32,000 bases of DNA from an uncultured Lentisphaeria bacterium (GCA_951812855.1 OX638337.1:690001-722000), one strand, 5' to 3'. Numbered from the stretch's first letter, positions 10,284 through 19,830 are shown. Notes: generated by a model not told the origin, from the letters alone. Made by a program: numbers and translations.

Positions 10284-11645
10284 CTAACCCTCTTTCTCTA
10301 TTAGATTTAACCCATAACGGACAATATCCTGAAGATCTGCCTTTGATGGACATATAAATTCACATAAGGCCACTTCTTCTTCCGTAACTTCATAAATACC
10401 AAGTTGTTCCATTTCCTCAATATCACCGGCCAATATACTTTTAATGAGGAACAACGGATAAACCTTCATTGGCAGGACCTGTTCATAATTGCCCGTTGCA
10501 ACAAATGCCCGGATTCCGCCATTTAAACGGGTGTCGAGCGAAAATTTCTTTCCCGGAAGAAGTGTTGAAACAAAATTTCTGTAAAAGCTCAATTTATTAA
10601 TGCCCGGTCTCATCCACCCTGCAAATTCCGGAGATACTGCCTCCGGAACGATTGTAACCATTGAATCATAAAAACCTACATATCCAGCTGCACCGACTTT
10701 CTTACCCGTTAAAATATTACCTGAAATATATCGAACTGAATCACCCTCAATATTACCGCGGACAACATCTCCAACGCTTGTGCCTAAGTGCGTCTTAAAG
10801 TACTTACGGTCCGTTGCTGCTGACCCGACGACCGACACCATTGTATCCGTTGGACACGTTCCGTTTATAATAAACTTACCGAGTGAAACAAGACCCTGTA
10901 TTGTGGCATACCAAACAACATCATGTCTTCCGTTAATAGGAGAAATGTGGTGAATTTGAACTCCGACACAACCCGCTGGGTGCTTTCCTGAAAATCGGTG
11001 AACTTCAACATTTTTTGCTTGTGAAAATGCATTTGATACATCATTTCGTTTCCCATTAATCGAAAGATGTACTTTCCCGTCAGTCAGCCTTGAAGCAGCG
11101 TCTAAACCTGCTTGAAAATAGGCTTCATTGTCTTTAATGATTAAATTGGAATCCGGAGCCAGCGGTGCGGTGTCAAAAGTGGAAACAAAAATATCACGCG
11201 GTTTTATAAGAGGATCTGCAACATAATCAAAAGGTCGCTGCCTGAATACTGCCAGCATACCGCTTTTCATAAGATCAGGTAAAAGTTCATCACCGGACAG
11301 TGATGATATCGATTCCGGCGGATGAGATTTAAATTTTATCTGATCATTGTTTTTATCTGCTTGAATTGAAACTAATTCCAGAACCCGTTTGCGACCTCTC
11401 TTAATTTCCTTTATTTTACCACTGACAGGTGAAGTGAAACAAAAGTCGGGGTTATCTTTTGAAACAAAAAGCGGTGATCCTCCCTGGACAGAATCACCTT
11501 CTTTGACGACTATTTTGGGTTTTATACCTCTGAACTCATTTGGTTTTATCCCAATTAATTTAGGATAGGGTAATGATTCGACATCGCTGCCGGGTTCACC
11601 ATTCAACAGAATATCATATCCCTGTTTTAATTTAAAATCCGGCAT
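10284..11645 (-). CDS. nqrA: Na+-NQR subunit A
   Basis: Soluble 453-aa protein at the head of nqrB-F. The N-terminus KLKQGYDILLNGEP...IKPKIVVKEGDSVQGGSPLF is typical of NqrA. Confidence 0.92.
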   Translation of the reverse strand: MPDFKLKQGYDILLNGEPGSDVESLPYPKLIGIKPNEFRGIKPKIVVKEGDSVQGGSPLFVSKDNPDFCFTSPVSGKIKEIKRGRKRVLELVSIQADKNNDQIKFKSHPPESISSLSGDELLPDLMKSGMLAVFRQRPFDYVADPLIKPRDIFVSTFDTAPLAPDSNLIIKDNEAYFQAGLDAASRLTDGKVHLSINGKRNDVSNAFSQAKNVEVHRFSGKHPAGCVGVQIHHISPINGRHDVVWYATIQGLVSLGKFIINGTCPTDTMVSVVGSAATDRKYFKTHLGTSVGDVVRGNIEGDSVRYISGNILTGKKVGAAGYVGFYDSMVTIVPEAVSPEFAGWMRPGINKLSFYRNFVSTLLPGKKFSLDTRLNGGIRAFVATGNYEQVLPMKVYPLFLIKSILAGDIEEMEQLGIYEVTEEEVALCEFICPSKADLQDIVRYGLNLIEKEG

Positions 11646-11650
11646 TAATC

Positions 11651-11851
11651 CTATTCCTGCTCATTTGGGCACGATTCATTTTCTGCTTTTCCGCAGACAG
11701 GACACGAACCGTCTTGATTTCGGAGAAATTCATTATTGGTACTGCATGTCCCATGAAATTCTCCCTCAGGCAAAACAATTATGCGTATAGCGATTAACGC
11801 TATAACAAAAAGTAAAATCAACAAAGTTAATAAAAAAGCCATAATATTCAA
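11651..11851 (-). CDS. Membrane-anchored 4-Cys miniprotein, NqrM-like (putative Na+-NQR maturation factor)
   Basis: 66 aa, ending 5 nt upstream of the nqrA start. One N-terminal TM helix (FLLTLLILLFVIALIAIRIIV) and a tail with exactly four Cys (GTCS...GSCPVCG...SCP). Same architecture as described for NqrM/DUF539 (single TM helix plus four conserved Cys). The assignment is an inference. Confidence 0.4.
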   Translation of the reverse strand: MNIMAFLLTLLILLFVIALIAIRIIVLPEGEFHGTCSTNNEFLRNQDGSCPVCGKAENESCPNEQE

Positions 11852-11921
11852 GAGTTAAACTTAACTAAAATTTCATTACACAGTGTTATCATTAAGAAGT
11901 GAGATTGTCGCATATAACAGG

Positions 11922-11938
11922 CCATATTTGAAATATGG
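11922..11938. promoter_or_regulatory. Perfect 17-bp palindrome CCATATTT-G-AAATATGG in the actE / nqrM-like-nqrA spacer (candidate operator)
   Basis: Verified by reverse-complementing: the 8-bp arms are perfect around a single central base. Lies 25 nt downstream of the actE stop and ~70 nt upstream of the miniprotein start. A 1-nt loop makes an RNA hairpin or terminator unlikely. Confidence 0.3.
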
Positions 11939-11962
11939 ATCATAGTGAAGAGATTATAATGA

Positions 11963-12616
11963 CTACTGTAAAGAATTTCTGTTTATTTCCGGTACATCCT
12001 GAGAGGAAGCATTCCGGCTTCTCTGCAATGCTCTCAGATAGGCTACAATTGCCCATCGGTCTTCTACCCCTGCCTGATGTTTGTATGAAGGCATATTCCC
12101 TTTCCCATTTGTAATCACATCAAATAGATAACCGTCTTGTTTAGTACGAAGCCTGTCGTCATGAAACGTAGGTGGCGGCAGTAATCCGCGCTGAACAACG
12201 ATTCCGTTTCCTTCTCCTGTTTTTCCATGACAAACTGAGCAATATATATTGTATCGCTCCTGCCCTCTTTTCAACAGTTTCATATCAAGTGTTACGGGTG
12301 ATGGATGAACAAATAGATCATTCCCATCTTTATCTTTACCTGTTTTTCCTTGGAAGTACACCGTATCTTCTTTAAGGTTTCCTCTACTGACAGTTCCAGT
12401 AACAGGAGTTCTCATACTTGAGTTGTCAGCAAAAAATTGACTCTCTGATTGAACTGTGTATTTTTCCTGTTTGTCCATATTAGGATTGACATGAATCGGC
12501 GGTTTTTCTGAAGGGCGTCCCTGATAACATCCCGACAGGAATACAGCGAAGAAAAGCATGGTTATGCCCATAATGATTCCGGGAATAAAATGACGGATTT
12601 GGTTATTCATCTGCAT
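11963..12616 (-). CDS. actE: Alternative complex III monohaem cytochrome c subunit (ActE-like), predicted lipoprotein
   Basis: Signal peptide with lipobox FLSGC, a single haem motif CSVCHG with distal GNMPSY, and position after actD. Confidence 0.75.
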   Translation of the reverse strand: MQMNNQIRHFIPGIIMGITMLFFAVFLSGCYQGRPSEKPPIHVNPNMDKQEKYTVQSESQFFADNSSMRTPVTGTVSRGNLKEDTVYFQGKTGKDKDGNDLFVHPSPVTLDMKLLKRGQERYNIYCSVCHGKTGEGNGIVVQRGLLPPPTFHDDRLRTKQDGYLFDVITNGKGNMPSYKHQAGVEDRWAIVAYLRALQRSRNASSQDVPEINRNSLQ

Positions 12617-13151
12617 TCAGCTCCTCAACGTTTTTTCCACCTGTTGATTCTAAAAACTCTTTTACTTTTTCAGAGTTAAATTGAGGATCATCAGCCATAA
12701 GACTTATGAAAAAACTATCATCAGTAACCTTTTTAAATTGTTCAGAATTAAATACTGGATGATTTAATCTGGGCAACAGGTTCAATAGTAACATACCGAA
12801 AACAACTGTAAAGGCCGAAAATAAAATGGTTAGTTCGAAGGTAATCGGAACAAATGCCTGAAAACTGAAAAACGGCTTTCCTGATGTAACAATTTTATAG
12901 TCAACTGCACTCATCCACCATTGCATCAGTAGAGCAACTGCCGCACCTGTGGCTCCGCCCATTGCTACAAACCACCCGAGTTTTGATGGTTTCAGTCCCA
13001 TCGCAGCATCTAATCCATGAACAGGAAACGGTGAATGACAGTCAAACTTCTTATAACCGGCATCCCTGATTTTTTCGGCTGCTTTAAGCAGCTCATACGG
13101 ATTGCTGAATTCTGCGAGAACTCCCTCAATTTCATGTGTCGAATTACTCAT
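12603..13151 (-). CDS. actD: Alternative complex III subunit ActD (DUF3341-type membrane protein)
   Basis: 182 aa. The N-terminal soluble part GVLAEF..PYELLKAAEKIRDAGYKKFDCHSPFPVHGL, followed by two TM helices, is typical of DUF3341/ActD. Gene order supports the call. Confidence 0.8.
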   Translation of the reverse strand: MSNSTHEIEGVLAEFSNPYELLKAAEKIRDAGYKKFDCHSPFPVHGLDAAMGLKPSKLGWFVAMGGATGAAVALLMQWWMSAVDYKIVTSGKPFFSFQAFVPITFELTILFSAFTVVFGMLLLNLLPRLNHPVFNSEQFKKVTDDSFFISLMADDPQFNSEKVKEFLESTGGKNVEELNADE

Positions 13152-13168
13152 GTCTCAGTTCATTAAAA

Positions 13169-14608
13169 TTAATGTTTTTCATCATCGTGATGTTCATAGT
13201 GATGTGGGTCGGCTTGTGGAATAACTCCTTTTACTTCTGCAATTGCGATCATAGGAAGAAAACGTAAAAATAACAAAAACAATGTTAAAAAAAGTCCAAA
13301 TGATCCAATAAAAATTCCGATATCAAAAACTGTTGGTACGTAATAATCCCAACTTGAAGGCAAAAAATCCTGAGAAAGAGATGTCACAGTTATCACGAAT
13401 CTCTCAAACCACATTCCGATATTTATAAGTATGGATGCGACAAACATCCAGGGAATATTTCTCCTGAACTTTCTGAACCAGAATAGCTGAGGAACAATGA
13501 CATTACAGGTTACCATTGTCCAGTAAGCCCAGGAATAAGGTCCTTTTGCCCGATTTATAAATATCGACTGTTCATATACATTTCCACCATACCAGGCAAT
13601 AAAAAATTCACACGCATAGGCATACCCCACCATTGTACCGGTTACCAACATAATTTTATTCATACACTCCAGATGATTCAATGTTATAAAATCTTCAAGA
13701 CTATAAATTTTTCGTGCAATAACGGCGAGAGTCATGACCATGGCGAATCCCGAAAAAATAGCACCGGCAACAAAATAAGGAGGGAATATTGTGGTATGCC
13801 ATCCCGGAACAACGCCAACAGCAAAATCAAAACTGACAACAGTATGGACTGATAACACGAGTGGTGTGGCGATGCCGGCTAAAATCAAATATGCTTTTTC
13901 ATAGTGTTGCCATTGTCGGTTTCCACCACGCCAGCCCAAGGCAAAAATACCGTATACAATCTTTCTAATTTTATTTGTAGCACGATCTCTTAACGTGGCT
14001 AAATCCGGTATGAGTCCGACATACCAAAATAAACAGGAAACGGTAAAATAGGTGCTCACTGCGAACACATCCCACAATAACGGACTTCTAAAATTCGGCC
14101 ACATTGACATTTGATTTGGTAACGGAAACATCCAGTATGCAACCCATGCTCGTCCGACGTGAATGCCGGGAAACATGCCGGCACAAATAACAGCGAAGAT
14201 GGTCATGGCTTCAGCAAATCGATTAATCGAGGTACGCCACTTTTGCCTGAATAAAAACAGAATAGCAGATATCAAGGTTCCGGCATGACCGATACCAACC
14301 CAAAATACAAAATTAACTATAGCCCAACCCCAACCTGCAGGATTTTGCAGTCCCCATATTCCTGTTCCTTCCCATAGCAACCAACCAATCATTGCACTCA
14401 TTGCCATCGTCATGGTACTGGTAATGCCAAAGGCAATAAACCATGCTTTTGGAGTTTTCTTAACTTCTAACTCCACAATTTCAGAGATGCGCCCGGTTAT
14501 CGATGAAAATGTCGGATTCCCTGTAATCAGCGGAGTGCAACCCACCGAATTACTCTCTATTTTTGAATTGCCATTATCAGTACTCATAAAATCAGGATAC
14601 AGACTCAA
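13169..14608 (-). CDS. actC: Alternative complex III quinol-interacting membrane subunit ActC (NrfD/PsrC family)
   Basis: 479-aa polytopic protein (about 10 TM helices) with NrfD-like features ([23 protein letters not shown]). An alternative start Met at 14587 would remove the 17-nt overlap with actB. Confidence 0.88.
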   Translation of the reverse strand: MSLYPDFMSTDNGNSKIESNSVGCTPLITGNPTFSSITGRISEIVELEVKKTPKAWFIAFGITSTMTMAMSAMIGWLLWEGTGIWGLQNPAGWGWAIVNFVFWVGIGHAGTLISAILFLFRQKWRTSINRFAEAMTIFAVICAGMFPGIHVGRAWVAYWMFPLPNQMSMWPNFRSPLLWDVFAVSTYFTVSCLFWYVGLIPDLATLRDRATNKIRKIVYGIFALGWRGGNRQWQHYEKAYLILAGIATPLVLSVHTVVSFDFAVGVVPGWHTTIFPPYFVAGAIFSGFAMVMTLAVIARKIYSLEDFITLNHLECMNKIMLVTGTMVGYAYACEFFIAWYGGNVYEQSIFINRAKGPYSWAYWTMVTCNVIVPQLFWFRKFRRNIPWMFVASILINIGMWFERFVITVTSLSQDFLPSSWDYYVPTVFDIGIFIGSFGLFLTLFLLFLRFLPMIAIAEVKGVIPQADPHHYEHHDDEKH

Positions 14609-17600
14609 TTTCGTTACTTGGATTTCGCATTACACCCAGATAGGATGTTCTGGGTTTCGTATGCCATTCACCGAGTAATACATAATTCCGTTTTAATTCT
14701 TTCATTTTAGAAACAACACTGTCTTTTTTAGTGATATCTCCAAACGATATCGCACCAGCCGGACAGGTTTGTTGACAGGCTGTTTTGATATCGCCATCCT
14801 TTAGCTTTTTTCCGGCTGTTTTTGAATTTATTTTGCCTTGATTAATCCGTTGTACGCAATAGGTACACTTTTCCATGACGCCTCGAGAACGCACGGTGAC
14901 ATCCGGGTTTTGCGACATCTTTTGCAATTCTTGCGGCTTTTCACCCCTGATGCGGGTTTCCGGTCCACCCTTGGTAAAATTATAAAAGTTAAACCGTCGA
15001 ACTTTATAAGGACAATTATTTGCACAATAACGTGTTCCTATGCACCTGTTGTATACCATGACATTAAGGCCTTCTTTATCATGATTTGTTGCCTGTACCG
15101 GACACACCTGTTCACAGGGAGCATTCTCACAGTGCATGCATGGAACCGGTTGCTTTACCATTTTGGGATTCTGCTCACTGCCTGTGAAATATCGATCAAT
15201 ACGTATCCAATGCATTTCACGACCGTAACCTGCTTCTTTTTTCCCGACAACAGGGATATTATTTTCACTTTGACAGGCAATTACACATGCATTGCAGCCG
15301 GTGCAAACATTTAGGTCAATTGTCATTCCCCACTGTGGAGATTTATCATACTTATGACTTTTCCAAAGAGGGGTCAGGTCGGGAGACATGGGCAGGGCAG
15401 GTGTTAATGTTCCGTTATTAATGAAACTGGAAGCGACGGCTTCTCTCACCAGTGGACGACCTTCCATTTTACGGTAATCCTGCGATGTTGATAATGGATA
15501 TGAATTTCCCGTTAAGGAAATTTTTAAATCACTGCCATAATTGAGATTTGCAGACGTGCGTATCTTATACGTATCAAATCCGACATTATTACCAATCTGC
15601 CCACTTTTTGTACGACCGTATCCTAAAGTGACCATAACGGAGTCATCCGCCAGTCCGGGAATGACATAAACGGGTATATCAAGTTCACGTCCGTGGAAGA
15701 ACAATGTCATCATTTGGTAATTTTTAGTTTTCAGGCTGCCGAATTTATTAAGATCAATATTGATCTTTTCAGCTGTTTTAGGACTGATGAGAGCGACATT
15801 ATCCCACATCAGTTTCGTGATCGGATCCGGCAGTTCCTGCAGCCAGCCATTATTTGCAAAGCGTCCATCAAATACTGCGGGGGACGATTGAAAAACAAGT
15901 TCCAGTCCAGTTCCAGCTTTGCTTAACAAACCTTGCTGTGATAAGAGATATTTAGAAAGGCGACCGCGATCAATTTTCAAAGATGATAAATTTGAGTGAT
16001 TGTTAGGCAATAATCCGTCATGAAGTATTTGCCTCCAATTTTTCTCAAAGCTAATTGGGATAATCGAATTACTCCAGGTTTCCCGAACGATTTCATGACC
16101 ACTTTTATCCGTTCCATAGCATATTGCGTGCAGGCATTCAAGAATTGTTTTTGAGGAAAACAGCGGTGCAATTAAGGGTTGGATCACACTCAATGTTCCA
16201 TCTGTTGACGCAGCATCTCCCCAGCTTTCGAGAAAATGAGATTGTGGAATATGCCAGTTCGTTAAAGACGATGTTTCGTCATAGTACGGGCTGACATGAA
16301 TACTTGTTTGCATTTTTTTGAGATTCGTTGAAAAATTAAAATCTACAGGTGCATTATAGACAGGATTTCCTCCCAGTATGATCAAATTATTGACTTCGCC
16401 ATTACTCATTTTGGAAACCAAATTTGAAAAATCACTAATACTGGACGATTGGCTGTATTTTCCCTCGTAGTAATGAACTGTTTTGTTAATATTTTCCAAT
16501 CCTGAGTTTATAGCCAGGACTAATGCATGAACAAACCCGGGCTGTTTTTTCCCGGCTACAACCAACCCTTTACCTTTTGCAATAATTAAGTCGCTTGCAA
16601 TCGCTTTCAACCAGCTGTGATCAAACCGATACTGGTTCAAATCAATTTTGTCTAAACCGGGGATGGGAACTGCCTGATCTCTTAATTCCATCGCCAGTGC
16701 GACACAAAATTTAATAATTTCAGAACAGCGTAATGGAAGTCGATGGTCTGCCATGCTCCCGGTAATACTGTATGTACTTTCGACGCAATAGAGGCGGTTT
16801 ATCGCAGATTTACGTTTTTCAAAGTTACGTGATTTTGAAAAGTTGTGGCTATTAACAACATTGTCTGTTTCAGTCAGCAGGAAATCGCAATCCAGAGAAA
16901 CAATTACCTCAGCCTTATCATACCGATTGACCTGTTTAAAGGGTTTTCCTGTTGCACCAGCTATTCCTTCGTACATTGTCTCGTTACTAACGGGATCATA
17001 GCAAACCCAGGCGGCTTTTGGAAATTCCTTCAAAAATTCATTCTTCAGCCGTAATAAAGATGGAGAAGAAAATGATTCTGTTAAAATAGCTAAACCGTCA
17101 CCATTATTTCCTTTCATTTGGGTATACAACTGTCTCCAATAACTGATAAAATTAACCCAGGTTTCTGTTGACTCATCATGCATGACCGATTTTGATCGAT
17201 CTGGATCGTAGAGACTCAGGATTGATGCCTGGTTTAAACTGGATGCTTTCCCAAGGTTCGAAGGGTGTTTTTCATTTCCCTCAATTTTTGTGGGTCTTCC
17301 CTCATGACTTTCTACAACAAGACCGAACACGTCTTCACCAATCGACATCGTCGTTGCATAATGCAGCGGCACCCCCGGTATAATTTCTTCAGGCTGCTTT
17401 ACGTAGGGCACAATGTGTTCTAATGGCCTTCGACATCCTGTAAAACCTGCCAAGGTTATAGATGCTCCCATTAACCGTAAAAATTCAAGCCTGGAAACCG
17501 GTGCGTCCAATTCAGTATTTGGTGTTTCTATTTTACTGGAATCCTTGACAGTCCGACGTTCGTACACACTGCTCCACATTTCCTCAGAAGTAGTTTTATT

Positions 17601-17783
17601 GTCTTTATTATTTAACATAGATGCTCCCATTAACCGTAAAAATTCAAGCCTGGAAACCGGTGCGTCCAATTCAGTATTTGGTGTTTCTATTTTACTGGAA
17701 TCCTTGACAGTCCGACGTTCGTACACACTGCTCCACATTTCCTCAGAAGTAGTTTTATTGTCTTTATTATTTAACGATGACAT
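14592..17783 (-). CDS. actB: Alternative complex III subunit ActB (molybdopterin-oxidoreductase-like domain fused to a 4-cluster Fe-S domain), carrying an N-terminal 53-aa tandem duplication
   Basis: Tat-like motif [12 protein letters not shown] (present twice), a large MopB-like domain, then ferredoxin-type clusters [48 protein letters not shown] and [13 protein letters not shown] at 17783 preferred over the TTG at 17792; it overlaps the actA stop (GCATGTCATCGTTAA). Confidence 0.9.
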   Translation of the reverse strand: MSSLNNKDNKTTSEEMWSSVYERRTVKDSSKIETPNTELDAPVSRLEFLRLMGASMLNNKDNKTTSEEMWSSVYERRTVKDSSKIETPNTELDAPVSRLEFLRLMGASITLAGFTGCRRPLEHIVPYVKQPEEIIPGVPLHYATTMSIGEDVFGLVVESHEGRPTKIEGNEKHPSNLGKASSLNQASILSLYDPDRSKSVMHDESTETWVNFISYWRQLYTQMKGNNGDGLAILTESFSSPSLLRLKNEFLKEFPKAAWVCYDPVSNETMYEGIAGATGKPFKQVNRYDKAEVIVSLDCDFLLTETDNVVNSHNFSKSRNFEKRKSAINRLYCVESTYSITGSMADHRLPLRCSEIIKFCVALAMELRDQAVPIPGLDKIDLNQYRFDHSWLKAIASDLIIAKGKGLVVAGKKQPGFVHALVLAINSGLENINKTVHYYEGKYSQSSSISDFSNLVSKMSNGEVNNLIILGGNPVYNAPVDFNFSTNLKKMQTSIHVSPYYDETSSLTNWHIPQSHFLESWGDAASTDGTLSVIQPLIAPLFSSKTILECLHAICYGTDKSGHEIVRETWSNSIIPISFEKNWRQILHDGLLPNNHSNLSSLKIDRGRLSKYLLSQQGLLSKAGTGLELVFQSSPAVFDGRFANNGWLQELPDPITKLMWDNVALISPKTAEKINIDLNKFGSLKTKNYQMMTLFFHGRELDIPVYVIPGLADDSVMVTLGYGRTKSGQIGNNVGFDTYKIRTSANLNYGSDLKISLTGNSYPLSTSQDYRKMEGRPLVREAVASSFINNGTLTPALPMSPDLTPLWKSHKYDKSPQWGMTIDLNVCTGCNACVIACQSENNIPVVGKKEAGYGREMHWIRIDRYFTGSEQNPKMVKQPVPCMHCENAPCEQVCPVQATNHDKEGLNVMVYNRCIGTRYCANNCPYKVRRFNFYNFTKGGPETRIRGEKPQELQKMSQNPDVTVRSRGVMEKCTYCVQRINQGKINSKTAGKKLKDGDIKTACQQTCPAGAISFGDITKKDSVVSKMKELKRNYVLLGEWHTKPRTSYLGVMRNPSNEIESVS
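17458..17775. repeat. Perfect tandem duplication, 2 x 159 bp (copies 17458-17616 and 17617-17775)
   Basis: Base-by-base comparison: seq[i]=seq[i+159] for every i in 17458..17616. Identity breaks immediately outside (17457 t vs 17616 c; 17617 a vs 17776 g). In frame with actB (53 codons). Confidence 0.97.
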
Positions 17784-18424
17784 GCAGAACAATCTTCCGG
17801 TGGATTAAGATTTTTTTCATTAATTAATCGTGTCGCGAGTTCAGATTGGTTTGACGGTGGTACCCAATCCATATCTGTAACTGAAACATTGGTTAAATCT
17901 CTTAAATGCGGGTCGGGATTACGATGACAATCAAGACACCACCCCATACTAAGCGGTTTTTTCTGTTCAACAATTTCCATTTTATTTATTTTGCCATGAC
18001 AACTTGCACAACCGACTCCAGCTCTTAAATGCACGCTGTGATCAAAATAAGAATATTCAGCTATTTTATGGACTCGAACCCATTTGATTGGCGTTCCCTT
18101 TTTGAAACTCTCTCGTATTGGTTGAAGTTTGTCACTTTCGGGCAGAATCATGGAATGACAATTCATACAGGTTTGTGTTGGAGGGATATTTGCCTCATAA
18201 GATTGTTCAACTGATGAATGGCAATAACGACAATCCATACCGAGTTCACCTGCATGCAATCGATGGCTGAACGGGACCGGTTGTTTGGGGCGATAACCTA
18301 CATCCAAAAACTTTGGGGACCCAAAATACCAAATAACACCAACGGCGACAGGACCGCCTCCAATCAGTCCCAATATTAAAATAACGGGTACAAAATTTGC
18401 CCATTTAGGAAAGACTTGTGACAC
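17771..18424 (-). CDS. actA: Alternative complex III pentahaem cytochrome c subunit ActA
   Basis: N-terminal TM anchor plus five CxxCH motifs (CRYCH, CMNCH, CASCH, CLDCH, CSACH). 217 aa; first gene of the cluster. Confidence 0.85.
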   Translation of the reverse strand: MSQVFPKWANFVPVILILGLIGGGPVAVGVIWYFGSPKFLDVGYRPKQPVPFSHRLHAGELGMDCRYCHSSVEQSYEANIPPTQTCMNCHSMILPESDKLQPIRESFKKGTPIKWVRVHKIAEYSYFDHSVHLRAGVGCASCHGKINKMEIVEQKKPLSMGWCLDCHRNPDPHLRDLTNVSVTDMDWVPPSNQSELATRLINEKNLNPPEDCSACHR

Positions 18425-18681
18425 GATAAATACCCTCTGTAAAATTACTGTTTGGATTGAGTCAATTAATGAAATCAGGTCGAATTACCGCCACTTATGA
18501 AACACATCAAAGCATGAAACGGGCAATATATTGTGAATACCGAAAGCCTGCAAGTGAGAGTCAGCACAAATTATATATTAACGGCAATTTATCACATTTC
18601 TTTATTCAAAGACTGTTAAAAGAATAAATTATCAATAAAACACGAGTTTTTTCTGAAATAAACATCTTAGGGAAATTATAG

Positions 18682-19011
18682 ATGGCAAATTTATTAATTA
18701 TTGATGATGATCATCAGATAACTTTGGCAGAGGATGGAGCAAAAGGGCTTAAAAACATTCAAGAAAATATACCAGATATAATTAAAGAAGAACTTGAGAC
18801 TATTCGGGAAATCAAACGAGATTATCCGGGCATGAAAATTATCGTTATCGCAGGTGGTGGAAACCCGGATGTTAAATCATATTTTAAGATTGCTCAAATT
18901 TTTGGGGCAGATGCTTCTTTGGTAAAACCATTCATGGCCAGTGATCTCATTAACCAGTCGAATTTTCAAGAGTATATTCAACCTGGATTCGACATATTTT
19001 GTCAGGCTTAG
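18682..19011 (+). CDS. Degenerate CheY-like receiver domain protein (likely decayed response regulator)
   Basis: MANLLIIDDD...AEDGAKGL...PDII...ETIREIKRDYPGMKIIVIAGG...GADASLVKPFMASDL follows the receiver-domain order. The segment after DDD and the block carrying the phospho-acceptor Asp (D..MPxxdG) are absent, although the frame stays open. The 3' end abuts the IS5 remnant. Confidence 0.5.
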   Translation: MANLLIIDDDHQITLAEDGAKGLKNIQENIPDIIKEELETIREIKRDYPGMKIIVIAGGGNPDVKSYFKIAQIFGADASLVKPFMASDLINQSNFQEYIQPGFDIFCQA

Positions 19012-19813
19012 AATTATTTTCAATGTTGATTTTATCTCATTTACAATTGAAAATATCGAATTAAAAATCTGGCCAAAAATATTTCGGATCCATTTCCGAA
19101 CAGTGTATGCAGCAGCCAATAATACGTTCATATCATCGCCTTTAATAACTTTCAGGAAATTTCCGGATAATCTGAAATATTCTTGAGACGTCCTGTTACC
19201 GGTTCAATTACTGCCCGTCGACGCAGTTGCTTTTTTAGTTTCTGTTTTTGATACTCTGTCAGTTTCCTGCAAAGCTCATCCGCATTAATAATTTGAGTAG
19301 ACTCGATAACCGTGATCAGCGATGGCTGTTCCTGCCCGGACGCCTCTACTTGTTTCCATGTCTGTTAATACTTCAGGCAATGTATGTGCGACGCAGTCTC
19401 ACACCGTCGGCTTCCGCAATTTTCAGACAGTCTTCAGCAATCTTATGACGAAAATGAACCCGGTCTGATGGATCACAGGGAAAATTCCACTGACACTCTG
19501 ATTCACCACTGAAATACTGCCAATAAGGATTTTGAACCCGGCCTTCAACTGCTGTCTCATCTCCATAATCATACAACGGCTTTAACAGCAACAAAGATAC
19601 CATCAAATGAGTTCTCTTCGCAGGACAACCAAAATCCGTGTAATACTTCGCAAAGTCTTTATATCAACTTCATCCCGGGGAATCTTACGCGATAATAATT
19701 GATTTGATACAACGCATGGTCAGGGTTAAGCATCTCTGACAGACCCTGACATAAAAACCCCGCATGGCGCTCAAATCATTTTCAGGTCGGTGCTTGAAAC
19801 ACTCATCAAACAT
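19000..19813 (-). mobile_element. Eroded IS5-family (IS5/IS1182-like) transposase remnant with multiple frameshifts and the central DDE region missing
   Basis: Minus-strand pieces in different frames, in order. (1) LSEMLNPDHALYQI. (2) YKDFAKYYTDFGCPAKRTHLMVSLLLLKPLYDYGDETAVEGRVQNPYWQYFSGE..F....P.DPSDRVHFRHKI, the InsH/DUF772-type N-terminal domain. (3) KQLRRRAVIEPVTGRLK. (4) IKGDDMNVLLAAAYTVRKWIR, the typical C-terminal end. About 0.8 kb in total versus >1.2 kb for an intact element. End coordinates are approximate. Confidence 0.7.
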
Positions 19814-19830
19814 GATGTTCCTGCAATAGC

